The notes under the pieces are model-generated. The model was not told the DNA's origin and searched no databases. It saw only the letters and a list, made by a program, of their open reading frames with translations. Of a stretch of 64,000 nt of DNA, positions 37,161-49,678 are shown in pieces. Positions within the stretch are counted from its first letter, which is position 1. The number at the start of each line of letters is the position of its first letter. Origin of the DNA: Curvularia clavata (taxonomy: Eukaryota); contig CP089276.1 of assembly GCA_023920165.1 (NCBI GenBank), positions 4,402,001 through 4,466,000 on the forward strand. Reading direction: 5' to 3'. Both the position numbers and the translations under genes were made by a program.

Positions 37161-38503
37161 TTTGGACGTGTAATGGGGGGTTCGAGGAGTGTAAAAATGC
37201 GGGCAGGTGAAGTTAAAAAAAGAGGGTGTTGGTTATGCCTGTCGGCATCCTGGCCTGGCAGCTAGCTGTGCTATGGCTGCCGCTATCTCCGTGGACCGAG
37301 GTCTGATGCTTCCGGCAGCTTGGAGAGTGGGCCTGATGGCGTTACATAGCTATGTGTGTACATATAAAGGATTGTCTTTGCCTGGGCCACGTCACTGGGA
37401 TGGGGCTGGCTAGCTGCTTAAGCGCTCTGTGGGTCACTACTGGCTGGCGACATTGTTCTGCAGGCAAAGTTGTATCTACTATACAGTAGTATATGGTAGT
37501 AGTATGTAGGTACCTGCCAAGCCTGCCTGTCTGGGGATACTGGGGCAGCCCGACGCGCTAGCCGCATACGGTAACCATCTACTTTGCTCGACTGACATGG
37601 CCGTTTCGACTCAACGGTGTCTCAGCGCCCGTGGCCTGTCTACCGGTGTCTTGTTGCGCTGCATGTTTGTGACGAGAGAAGATTACATACAAGGCAGCAC
37701 CCGTCTATACAAATGCCATCTCTCGGAAGCATGAGCGAATCCATAGCCAAAACTCGTACACATATTACACTCTGTACAATACCCCTGATAGATTCCGGTA
37801 ATGTCCAATTTTGGTCAATTGGCAGTTTGTACAGACATGGGAAGCGTGCATCTTACTTGTTCCTCAGGTCCAACTACGTAATTCTTACAGTACTACGTAC
37901 ATGAGCGAATTGTATTTGCTCCGTACTTCATACGTACCTGGTGAATGGCAAACCGTGCCTTGGATGTGCGCTAATCTCTTTCTGACAGAGGGACCGTCTT
38001 GTCTTGTAAGAGAAATTGCCCAAGGACCCAGCAGATCCAAGTACATGGCCGCCGACTCTTTGCCTGATGCGTGTTCCCAGGTAGTACCTGGCCCAATCAA
38101 AGCAAAGCGCCCCTCGGTGTATGCATTGTATTTACCTGTTAGGGCTCGACTAGCTGGGGATGGTGCTGCGAACATGCAGTCTAGCACCGCTGCCACCTGG
38201 CCCAGGGCTGCATGAACGGCTGCAGCGCGGTGGAGAGTGTACATGCGTAATAGTTGTGCTGTACGTAGGGTGGGTAGGGCGGCCAGATGCGCGGTCCACC
38301 TGCCAAGGCGCTGACGACGGGCGACAACGTTCCAGGGCGAAACACGCGCTTGCTTGCTCTCCACTGCTTTGCTTTGCTTCCCTTTGCCTGTCTGACCCTT
38401 TCTCACCACATCCCCTCGGCGCCTCCACCAGCCCAACCTCCTGAGGCCTGAGACTCTGTCATTCTTACCCTCGACATTCCCCCGGCCTCCCCAATTCGCA
38501 ACA

Positions 38504-40677
38504 ATGGCTGGCCGATTCGTGCGCGCTTCCAAGTACCGTGAGTATTGATGCCCAGCGCCGCCTCAGCTCCATGCACTCCTAACACATGCGCCCCAGGCCA
38601 TGTCTTTGGCAAAGGCACAAAGAAGGTACACAAACACCACCATCGCCTCCCCTCCTTGCATGCGCTGACCTTCCCAGGAACAATGCTACGATAACCTGCG
38701 CATCACAAAGAATGCCTGGGACACCAACCTGATCAAGGTCAGCCCCAGCCCATCCGCACGCGACCATGGCTCGACTCCCTCTCACACCCCCTAGGCCAAC
38801 CCCGAGTACATCTCAGTCAACTGGGAGGCCAGCGGTGGCGGCGCCTTTGCCGTCATCCCCATCAACGAGCGCGGCCGCGCCCCCGACCAGCTGCCTCTCT
38901 TCCGTGGCCACACGGCTGCCGTCCTCGACACCGACTGGTACGCCCACACGCGAACCGCCACGCTCCATACTGACGGCCCATAGGTCTCCTTTCAACGACT
39001 CGCTCATCTCTTCGGCTTCGGACGATGGCAAGGTCTTTATCTGGAAGGTTCCCGAGGGCTTCTCCCTCCACACTGACGCTGAAGAGCCCGCCGACGTGGC
39101 TCCCGTAGCCAGGCTGAGCGGCCACATGAGGTGCGACTGAGAGCGCTATCATTCACAGCCATTCCCTAACCCTCGTGCAGGAAAGTCGGCCATGTCCTCT
39201 TCAACACCGCCGCCGAGAACGTACTTGCTAGCGCATCCGGCGACTACACGGTAAAGATCTGGGATGTCGAGGCAGGCGCGCCCCAGCTCAGCCTCAAGCA
39301 CAACGACATTGTTCAGTCGCTGTCTTGGAGCGCCGACGGATCGCTGCTCGTTACCACTAGCCGAGACAAGAAGCTGCGCGTGTGGGATGTACGCCAGGAA
39401 CGGCCCGCCCAGGAGGTGCCTGGCCACCCTGGTGCCAAGAACAGCCGTGCTGTATGGATGGGCGAGACAGACCGCATTGCAACTACTGGTTTCTCCAAGA
39501 TGAGCGACCGTCAACTTGGTCTATGGGACCCCCGCAACCCTAACGAGCCCATTGGCGGCTTCCAGATCCTCGACTCCATCTCCGGTGTCTGCATGCCTTT
39601 CTGGGACGACGGCACACAGTGCTTGTATCTTGCCGGCAAGGGGTATGTACATCTTCATCGTCCTCGAAACTCCCGGCTAACCATGACAGTGACGGCAACA
39701 TCCGATACTACGAATACGAAAACGACAAGTTCGAGTATCTCTCAGAGTACAAGTCTGGCGACCCCCAGCGTGGTATTGCCTTCCTCCCCAAGCGCGGCAT
39801 CAACCTGCACGAGAATGAGGTTCTTCGCTGCTTCAAGACCGTCAACGATTCCTATGTCGAGCCTGTATCCTTCATCGTACCCCGCCGATCGGAAATGTTC
39901 CAGAGTGACATCTACCCACCCACCAATGGTCTCAAGCCTGGTGTCTCGGCCAAGGAATGGTTCAGCGGCAAGACGGCAATGCCACCCAAGATTTCGCTCG
40001 AGAGTGTCTATGAAGGAGATGCGCCCAAGGAAGTGCAGAGCGACTACAAGCCCTCTAGGCCGGTAACTGCCGAGACTATGCCTGTCAAGGCGGAACCACC
40101 CAAGCCAGCTCCTGAGCCTACACAGGCGCCGCTAGCCTCCCGCGGTCCACCACCATCTATGAAGGACAACAAGGATTCCATGGCTTCTGCCGCATCCAAA
40201 TATCTCGACAAGGATACTCCTTCTGACAATGAGAGCGCATCCAGCTTTGAGGAAATTTCCAAGCCTGCCGATCGCCGTAACTTGACCAGTGCCCGTCAAG
40301 AAGAGAAGACCAGGGGTCCTGTCATGACCAAGGAGCCCGAGCCTGCAAAGCCATCTACCACCCACACTGCTACGCCCTCTCAGTCCAGGCCAGCCACATC
40401 AGCTGAGCCCTCTCCCGCATCTGCAGCTGCATCTTCTTCTGCCCCAGCAGCCAGCTCCGGCGGCCCTGCCTCTGCTCTTCGCGACGCACTGGGCGACATC
40501 AAATCTCAGCTTGAGCACCAGAACAAGGTCATGTCGGACCAATCCGACCAGATTGCCATTCTGCTGCGCGAAGTTTCGCAGCTCAAGGCAAAGGTTGGAG
40601 CTTCTGAACCTTCTGACCGCGAAAAGGACGAGCGCATCCGCCAGCTGGAACTCGAGCTCGAGGAGGCTAGGTCTTGA
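38504..40677 (+). CDS. CRN1: Coronin (WD40 actin-binding protein with C-terminal coiled coil); about 7 exons
   Basis: MAGRFVRASKY/RHVFG, SVNWEASGGGAFAV, GHTAAVLDTDW, TTGFSKMSDRQLGLWD, GKGDGNIRYYEY, VSFIVPRRSEMFQSDIYPPT and a terminal coiled coil. Several short GT-AG introns at the 5' end. Confidence 0.96.
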
Positions 40678-41792
40678 GTCTGAACTGGCAATACTAGAAA
40701 AAAATCCCTTTGAGTACCACGTGCATCTGGTGACACGCTTGTGTCGTCAAGAAGTCGTCCCCTTTGGATAGGCGGGCTCAGGAGCATGCTTATTGCCATT
40801 TAATCTCGTTGATTAGGCGCCGAGCAACGCGGACAGGGGAAAAAGCTGGAGTTTGTATGATGATAGGCAAGGTGTGGGTGTGAGTGTATGCGTACTTGAT
40901 TTGTTTGTTTGACCGTCCGTCGAAACCGGCTTTTTGCTAGCAAGGTGTCTGGGTTAGCGGCATTGTTTGTTGATATATAAAATTCATCCTCTTCTTCATC
41001 TTGGACAGTCCCTGGGGTATAGCTTGAATACGGTGTATGTGGACGATAAAGTCCACGAATCAAACGCTATCAACTATCAAAAATGAGTTGTCCATCGAGA
41101 GAACTCCTTTCCATCTCAGCATGAAGAAGACAGTTCTACGTCATTACTGACACCATTATCTTGACCTTGGTCTTGTCATTCTTCATCGCTATCCGTAGCT
41201 TATGAATAAATGCGTACATCCCAGGTCGAAATAGACATAAAAATATAACAACACAACACGCACACAGACCCATAGATAAAGGTGTCCATAAGCAAACAGT
41301 CGTATATACTCGATACCTTCACCACTCAGTATCGCTCCTATATACCTAGCCTCCACACCATCTTAACAAGATGGGAAAAAGACAAAACATCTCGGCTCTG
41401 AACACTTCAAAAGCCGACGGTTGCGCTCTACTCCGCTCTGCTCTGCTTATACTCGGCAAGTAAAAGAGTGGAAAGAAGAAAAAGGTTAAAAAAAAAGCCA
41501 AATAATCACAATCGCGTGGATATACAACCCAACTTCCTTTCCTCCGCCCCGGGGGTTTTTCCTTCAATCCAACCCAGCAGCAGGGCGACGCCACAGGCAC
41601 ACACACATAGATACACACACACCTCGTGATCCTGACTCCCCTACAAGCAAGAAAAAAGAAAGGAGGAGAAGGGGACACAATTTAACCCCAGAACTCCCCG
41701 ACAACTCTTCCCGTTGTCAAATCCAACCTTACCGAACCCAACCTAACCCAAACCCTGGCCGAAAAAAAAATTCATAACAACTCATTACTATA

Positions 41793-44700
41793 CTAAGCCT
41801 TTGTCTGCTTCTTGGCGGTACCAATATGCGTATTATGCACCTTGGTCGCAAACTTGAGACTGGTAATTGTCTCCTGCAGATGCGCCTGGAGCGGACTAAC
41901 CATGACGAACATGAGGGTTTTGGAGTTGCCGCCGAGCGAGTATTGGAGCAGGTAGGTAAGCTGTGGAGACGTGGATGTTAGCAACAAAGTTTCTCCATAT
42001 GAGGATAACCAACACATACCTTTGAATTTCTGTATGGAATGTGACCGCCTTCTTTGGCTGAGCCAAGAGCATTGATGACGTCGCCCAGACAACTCAAGCT
42101 CTTGTTGATATTTTGTGTTTCTTTCAAGCGTGCGCCTTCGACCTTGGAATGCTCTAGACGCTCGGATCCCGCAAGGTCGACTAGGTTGAGTGTTCCTTCG
42201 CTTCTCTCGCCCGTAATGGCATTGTGGCCAACGAGTCTCAGAATAAAGACCGAGTGACTTCGACTAGATCGCATGTTGGCTTTTGTAGCAGCCACGGTCC
42301 TGTTCTTGCTGGCAGTTTCCAGGATCTCCTCGACACGGCCAGGGCCATCCAACTTGACGCTGACGGCGTTGTCCAGGTTGGTCTGCTTTTTCACAGGGTC
42401 ATGCCGGACTTCAACCTTTTTCTTATCCAGGTCTTCGGACCGGCCAAGCAGATCGTTGTATTGCTCGTTGTAGACCTCGATGAAAGAGCCCTCCATAGTA
42501 TACTGCCAGCCTTTTTCTTGCAACCGTTGCGCCTCATCCCAGATCTGGGCTGTGGCACGTGGAATCATACCATCGGCTGATGACATGGTGTGCGTCTTTC
42601 CAGATCCCGTCTGACCGTAACAAAAGATGCAGACGTTGTAGCCATCAAGAGCGCTCTGCACAAGCTGGCTGATCTCCTCAAAAACTTCTCCGTTCTGGGA
42701 CGCCGGGCCAAACACACGATCAAAAGAGTACGAGTATGCGGCAGTGATGTCCTTGCCAGTCGCACTCTGCTTGCTTGGGCCAAGAATGGCAACTTCCTTG
42801 CTGTCGGTGTCGGTGTCGGGAAAGGATATCTGTGCAGGGTGACTTTCGGTAGCATGAGCGGGTCGCACACGACACATGACGCGAATGTTGCCCTTGAGCT
42901 CTTGGACTTGGTTGAACAGCTTCCGGCGCAGTGTCTCTTCTTGACGGAGTTTGTCGTGTGCTCTTTCTGCTGCTTCAATGGCATCTTGCATTCTCTTGTG
43001 GAGATCGTTGAAGGCTGTTGACTGTGCCTGGCTGTCAGACTCGAGAAAGTCAATCTTCTCCTTCATGGCCTTGTTCGTTGCCTCAAGGGTGAGATTGAGT
43101 GTTGTCGCCTCTGTGAGTTGGTTCTGAAGGCCATTCTTAAGAATTCTTTCGCGATCGAGTTCCGACTTGACGTTGGTGAGCTCGCCTTGAAGCAGCTGTG
43201 CCTCGCGCTGCTTGACGTCTGCATCTAGAGCAGCCGCTCGGAGTTTGGAAGCATACTCTTCTTCAATCTTTTGTGCCTCTTGTGCGCGCCTGCTGCGCTC
43301 CGCTTCAGAGTCCGAGTCGAGCTTCTTTCGCAGTATTTGGAGTTCCTCCTCGTGTTGCTTCAATAGTTTGTCGATTCGTGCTTCAAACTCGCTGCGAGTC
43401 TTTCTCTCCAGCTCGTCCCGCTCTCTTTCTAACCGATCCGTGTCTTTTCGATGCCGCGATTCCAAATCCTCGACCTCGTTGCGTAGCCTCCGCCGTACGT
43501 CGTCGACTTCGTAAGTGTGCTTCTGCTGGGCCATGTCGAGTTCCATCTTTACCGATTTCAGGCTACTACGGGTATCATCAAGTTCCGACTCGAGTCCTTT
43601 GTTCACAATCTCTAGTCGTGCGCGAATGGTTTCGAGTTCAGTAACACGGCCCTGGAGCTGCTGAATTGTCTCCTTGTAGTCAGTGGCCTGTTGCACATCC
43701 ATCTCCATCTTCTCCTTGAAAGAACGGAAATCGCGTTCCATAGCCTCGATCCGCTCATTGTAGAAATCTGGACAACGATCGTTAGTAAAGCGGTTCAAAA
43801 ATGGTGGTGGTGCTGACCGCCTCGGCGTGGTTGACATGGGCCGCCATGGCGACATGTTCATTTGCGGCTGCCGCACAGGTGTCTGCGTCGGCTGCCGAAG
43901 CTTTGAGGGAGGCAGCTTTGGTTTAAGAAATGGGTTGATCCCGTTGTCAGAAGTCATTCCACGTCCGAGCCGACCTTGAGGCTCTTCTGCCTTGGATGCG
44001 CCCAGGGTGAGCGCTCCAATCTGTTTGCAGATGGAGTTGCAGTCGGGATCGGTGGGGTCTTCAATGACAGGAGTGACCGAATGAAAGGAACAAGGAGAAG
44101 AGACTGTCCGAGGCTTGGGCACTTGGGCAACCCGTCCACGGGAAACATCCTGTGAAACGGTGCGTGGCGGTGGGATGGAAGGTATGTCACTAGACATTGT
44201 GAAGGGGGTTGAAGATATAAGAAATGTATGCCCACCTTTGCGGTCCGCTTGATCACTGTCGTCGTCACCTGCCCGGTGCATCATTGACGTGGCAGGGCGC
44301 GATCCCTGGTGGTAGGACTTGCTTCTGGCATGTGTAGTCTGGCCATAGGCAGATTTCGGTCTTGCGATTGCGGCGGGCCTGGGAGTAGCGCCCACGCTAC
44401 TGCCGTACGCAGATACGGATGTGTTCTTTACCGCTGGTTTCGACAAGGCGCGGGATGTGGATGCAGCCAGGCTGCGGGGGGCGGGAGGCTTGAGGCCATT
44501 GGAGATCTTGGAGGGTGCGGGTATTCTTCTCGATGGTGGTTCGGCCACAGGTTCAGTCTGCGTCCTCCGCTGCTTGTAGGCCGGCTCGGGTACTGTGGTG
44601 GTCAGCGAAGTGTGCAACCAGAGAGGTGTGGCGAGGGGTAGATACAGCCAGAGGGTTTGTGTTTGGCCGTGGGTATAGCCATTGCGCTGCGCATGTTGGT

Positions 44701-44879
44701 GGTGGATTCGTGCAGTTCGCCCAGGGCGCGGGTCGGCGATGATGGGATGTGTGAGAAGGTCGACGGTGGTTTGATTCCGGAGGGTTTGGTGATGCCCTAA
44801 CACGCCCTGAGATTAGACAATGGACGGGCCAGGGGATGGCCTTGGGGATACCCACAGCGTTCTCGTTTGCCGCCTCCAT
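41793..44879 (-). CDS. KAR3: Kinesin-14 C-terminal motor (Kar3/KlpA)
   Basis: Coiled coil, neck ELKGNIRVMCRVRP, P-loop YGQTGSGKTHTM, SSRSHSVF, LVDLAGSER, and HIPYRNSK/LTYLLQYSLGGNSKTLMFV. Start MEAANENA at 44879. Introns 44855-44797, about 44645-44594 and about 42018-41961, plus an optional 468-nt intron at 44235-43768. Confidence 0.95.
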
Positions 44880-45411
44880 TGTGTGGGCTGGCGTGGTGAG
44901 GCGTGATGAGGTGCAGGGTGCAGCAAAGGAAGGATAACAGCAAAGCCTGTGCCGTCGCAGCCAAAGGCAGCAGCGCGTCGAGAGAGGGTTGACGGGCGAC
45001 GATGATGGTGTTGCGGTGTTGGATATGGATTGTTTGGGTCTGCGCTCAGACGGTAAACACAGCAGGCGCGACCCACTCTCCCCGTAACCACACGCTAGGC
45101 TCGGCTAGGTACTCGGCTTAGCGCCGGTCATACATGCATGCTAAATACGTGTAATAGGGCCTGCATGGCATTCAACAAAGTATCACACGGCTAAAAGCAA
45201 CAGTATCCTGTCTTCATGGGGTATCGCCGGCTACTGTCTACTAGTACGTTGCTACACAATGCCACTCTCTTTCAACGCCAGGGCGCCATGCAAAATGCTC
45301 GTGTCCATGGTATGCCTACCATCTCCATGCTTGCGCACAACAAACGCCCGTTTTCTTTTGCTAGACGAGCACGAGACTCTGTAGCAATCTCCCTCACCGC
45401 CTTCGAGTGTG

Positions 45412-46667
45412 CTATACTTGCTTTACAAATGCTTTTGCTGTGTTAGTCATCTGACACTCGACCAATACACGTGGCACTTGAGACTTACTGGCATCAATCT
45501 GCACAACCTGCGGCAGTGCCAACTTTACCTTGTTGCGGTACAAGGCTGGTTGAGACCGTTGCAGGGGATTTCCCTCAAAGTACACCGTTTCCAGCTGCTC
45601 CTTGTCTTTCAGCTCCCGCTCGATTTCGCCAAAGTCACTCAGCTTGCAGTTGCTTGCCCAGAATTCGGTAAGGTGTTTCAGGCTCTTTAGCCCACTCAGA
45701 TGCTCGATTGGGTTTGCACTGATATCGATGACGCTCAAGTTGACGTTGTTTTCTAGTCCCGACAAGTCGGTAAGAAGATTGTGCGAGATGTGCAGCTCCT
45801 CGAGATTGACGAGCTTCTCCAACCCCGTGATGGACCGCAACCGGTTCGACTGTATGCTCAAGATCTTGAGGTTAGTAAGGGTGTCCAAGCCTTTGATTTC
45901 CGTGATCTTATTCTTTCCTAACCACAACTCCTCTAGCCCCGTCAACGTTTCCAAGCCTTGAATTTCCCGGACCCTGTTCGCGCCTAGTTCAATTTGTCGC
46001 AGATTCGAAAGGCCTTCTAGATTTTCTATCGTACTAATCTTATTTTGCACAAAATATAAGTCTTTGAGTTTTGTCATGTGGCTGAGTCGCTTGATGTGCT
46101 TGATCTTGTTAAAGGACAGGTCGAGTGAAGTGAGTTCGGTAAAGGCATCGAGACCTTTGATGTGCGCAATCAAGTTGTCGTAGAGGTCTACCTCTGTGAG
46201 AGTCGACGCGAGGTCTTCGGGTATGGCGATGCTTTCTATACGGTTTTGGCGAAGGCAAAGGCGCTGAGACGTTTGGTCATTCCATGCACACTCTCGAAAC
46301 AACCATGGCGACATACCTTCATCTGTTTGAACCTCTCGAGCCGCAATAACGACATGTCTGAGATTTTGCAGTGCACTAGCTCGATTTCTTCTTCGTCATC
46401 CGGCACGTCATCTAGCAAGTCTTCGTCGGCAGCCAGCTGTTCGGGAGGAGGCCCTTCATCCTCCGATGCTTCTGGGTCGCTCTCAATTTGCGCATGGGGA
46501 TCTCTTGGTTCGTCGGCAAGCGTCATTCTGTCTACTCGCAGCTTCCCATCCCAGCCGTTACTGTCTCGTGGCTTATGTTCGTTCGTGTCCTGGTCGCGCG
46601 TCTCATTCGCGTCGGGCATGGCTGCGGGGTCACCTTCGGTATGCGGGGCAGAGTTTGTTTCCGTCAT
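45412..46667 (-). CDS. SDS22: Protein phosphatase 1 regulatory subunit Sds22 (leucine-rich repeats); 3 exons
   Basis: GWDGKLR..EQLAADEDLLDD N-terminus, tandem SDS22-type LRRs (LDLSFNKIKHI, LWLGKNKITEI, LSIQSNRL) and LRR cap VYFEGNPLQ..YRNKVKLALPQVVQIDA. Confidence 0.94.
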
Positions 46668-47138
46668 TGTGCGCCGGGAGTGGACTGGAAGGGAGGGTGA
46701 CTAGGGAAGGGGGTTTGGCGGCGGGTGGCGTGCTGGCAAAAAAGGCCGAGTCTTTGAGCGACAGCGGTATTGTTTGGGAAGACAACGTTCCTAGTGTGGA
46801 GTGAGTATGTCGCTGGTGGCTAGTCAGAGTCTAGCTAAGCAAGGGTCCAATGCGATGACGCATGCCGTCGTCTCACCAGACCATATTTTTTTTGTCAACG
46901 TTAAAACTGCAGAACAACGACGACCAAGTTGGAATTAGATGAATCAAAGCTTCGTGGCGACGACTTCATCAACAATAGTGAAGTTTGCAAACCGACAACA
47001 CGAAGGAAATTCGAGAATTGACTTGTTGGTTTTATTTACGACGGGCAATATACAACAACACCTGAACCAGCCTAATTCATACATAAGCTAGACAGTGGAT
47101 GGTCCAATGCATCTCACCGTATAATAGCCAATGCCACA

Positions 47139-48412
47139 TCACCTCTTCCGACTGCCCCAAACTTTCAAAAACGCGACCTTGTCCTCAACTCCTAGACCCA
47201 CTCTCTTCACTCTACCCAGACGCGCAAGGTCCTCTGCAACCCGCTCAAGTACCTTTTGCTCCTGGGGACTAGGATCGTAGCCACTGCTAGTCCCACCAAC
47301 GTCAACATCCATACCATCGCCACCCTCCCCGTGTGCGCCACTGAATCCATCTTTGAACTCTGGCTGCTCAAAGATGTTAGATTCATAGCCGCTGGCCATG
47401 GCCTTGCTCGACTCCGAGCTGGGTTTGGCTGGCGAATCTTGGTTTGCACTGTTGTACACGCGCGAGGCAATACGAACACGCATTTGGTGCGATGGCTTGC
47501 TTAGAAGCCCCCAGAACCAAGAGAAATAGCCTCCAGGAACGGCCGTTGTTACATCCTGGGGAGTGTACCTGAGATTGACAGGGTAGATCTTTGTTTTTCC
47601 ATCTGCGCTCAGTAGACTGGGACACAGTGGTAATATGCCTCTTCCGTTTGTGGTGGTTGTCTCCGGAAATACACATATGATCCTGTCGGGGTTTTCGCGA
47701 GTAAGCTGTTTGAGGGTGACGAGCTTAGCCTGGTCATGTGGAGTCAATGCAGGCGGCGAGAAAGCGAGCATAATGGCACGGAAAAGGGTTATGCGTTCGA
47801 CCTTGCGTTCGTGCGGATACGAACGCGTGAAGATTGGCTGAAAGATGGCGGCAAGATAGAGGGGGTCGAGAGGCGAGGTAAAGGACGAAGCGATGATAGT
47901 GCCGGGCTTGGGCAGGTTGTTTTTGGCGGAATGTAGTTGTCTATTGTGTTGGTCAGCTCCAGACTTGGTCCGCCGACTGTGAAGCTTTCTGCGTGGAACT
48001 TCAATCTCATATGTGGTGGAAGGGTACATACCCTCGTTTGACCCCATCAACCTGCAAGTCCACCCACCACACGCCTGGAATCCCTAGCATCAACCACAGC
48101 ACGGCATACTTCAACCTCCTGCCCACAGGTAGGAATTCAAGGCCAAGGAAGTACAGGAGCGAAAAGGCGATGACGAAAGGCGTGCGGATGCAGAAGAGGA
48201 ACAGGTATATCGGCTGCCAGATGATGCTGACGGGTGGGGGTGGCACGGGCAAGAAAGGCGCAATTGCGGTACCTGTCTCCAACTGTAAGCAAATGGATTC
48301 CAGATCAACGTGTAGAGGCCGCTGGAAGCAAGAAAGGGTGTTGACAACAGTCAAACACATGTGTTCTTTCTGCAGACGCACCTTTGTCGCGAAACTGGCT
48401 ATATTTTTCCAT
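47139..48412 (-). CDS. LOA1: Lysophosphatidic acid acyltransferase Loa1/Vps66-like
   Basis: MEKYSQFRDK/GTAIAPFLP start, LGIPGVWWVDLQVDGVKRG, SFTSPLDPLYL, acyltransferase motif FPETTTTNGRGIL, and LARLGRVKRVGLG. Confidence 0.85.
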
Positions 48413-49678
48413 GACGGGCAGAGCCTAACAAGCTACGGAGAGGAAGACAGGCGGGTTGGTTGATGTGTCACGAAGCCATGCACGGTGAGAACTTGTAGGT
48501 GGTATATGTATGTGTATTGTAGAAGAGGAGGAGTAGGAGGGACAGGGTATGACAGCCAGTGGGCCTGGCAATGACACAGCGGCGGCGGCGACGGGGGCGG
48601 AGGAGGTGGAGAAGAGCAGCGAACAAACGTGCCTAAACAAAGCGTTTACACCAAGCGACGGATCAAAGTTACCGAAGGGCTTCCTGTGCCGCAGCTCTTC
48701 AGCGTGGCAACGAGAGGTGCTGCGCTCTGGTCTGTGCCTGGGTTGCAGGTCGTGTGTCCCTTGGGGTGGGACGCGAGCTTAGTGGTTACATTCAACTACA
48801 AATCATTTCCGTGTGGGCAGCATGTGAATGCCAAGCCAGGCGTTCGATCGCGCATCCAACGTCATCACTGCATCTGGTAGCGCCAAATATGCCCTGGCTT
48901 ACTACATACATGGTTCACGACATGCACATCATATCTTGCCGGGCCCTAGAACCTGGTTGGACAAACAAAAGGGGTATTTGTTGACTATCTGAACTTCTAC
49001 GGCCCACACTAGCATCTGGATGCGTCTGCAGGCACCTTATGCTTCAGCCTCGCCACACAAAACAGAAAGGAAAAACAAAAGCTCAGACTTACGAGGGGGC
49101 ATCAAAGCACGCTCCAGTCGTGGGAATGAATAGACTTTGCCTGTACCCGCCAGCAATGCAGAACCAAGAAGAATAACACACACACACAACGAACAAAGGA
49201 AATGATACTGATGGTAAATACTACACGACCTTGCAAGGTCAGACGTCGCATATGTCGAAAAGGGGGGTATGTGCCAATATTACTGCTGATTTTTTCGTGG
49301 CTCTTGAAGCCAAAGGGACGCCGTTGTGCGCCGGTCCTCCTTATGTTTTTTTAGGTTGCGCAAAAAATGGAAGCAATGTGCTCCAGGCCGGTGTCCATGG
49401 CTGAGAAGAGGGAGAGGGCCCCGGAATGCGCGCATTCGGTGGGTCATGGAAGCCTGGCCGCAATGTGGCAGTCGAAGACGGTTTCGCGCTGCAGCGTGTA
49501 CATCCGTTCACCACGGAGCCGCTTTTGATGCAGATTAAAGCTGATTACAAGGTACAGAGTGGAATAGGTAGGAGCATGGCTCCCTAGGGTTGCGCCCGAA
49601 GAAAATGATTATGTCGGCGCCATGAGAAGGGTATGCGCAAAGGGTATCCTCGTTCGTAACTATCGTCTCGAGCAATGC

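Noticed and set aside
44553..44879. ORF-track N-termini for the kinesin (MLGHHQ.. and the 108-aa ORF)
   Set aside because: Both read through introns. The plausible exon 2 is in the third frame (GITKPSGIKPP..RALGELHESTTNMRSAM).
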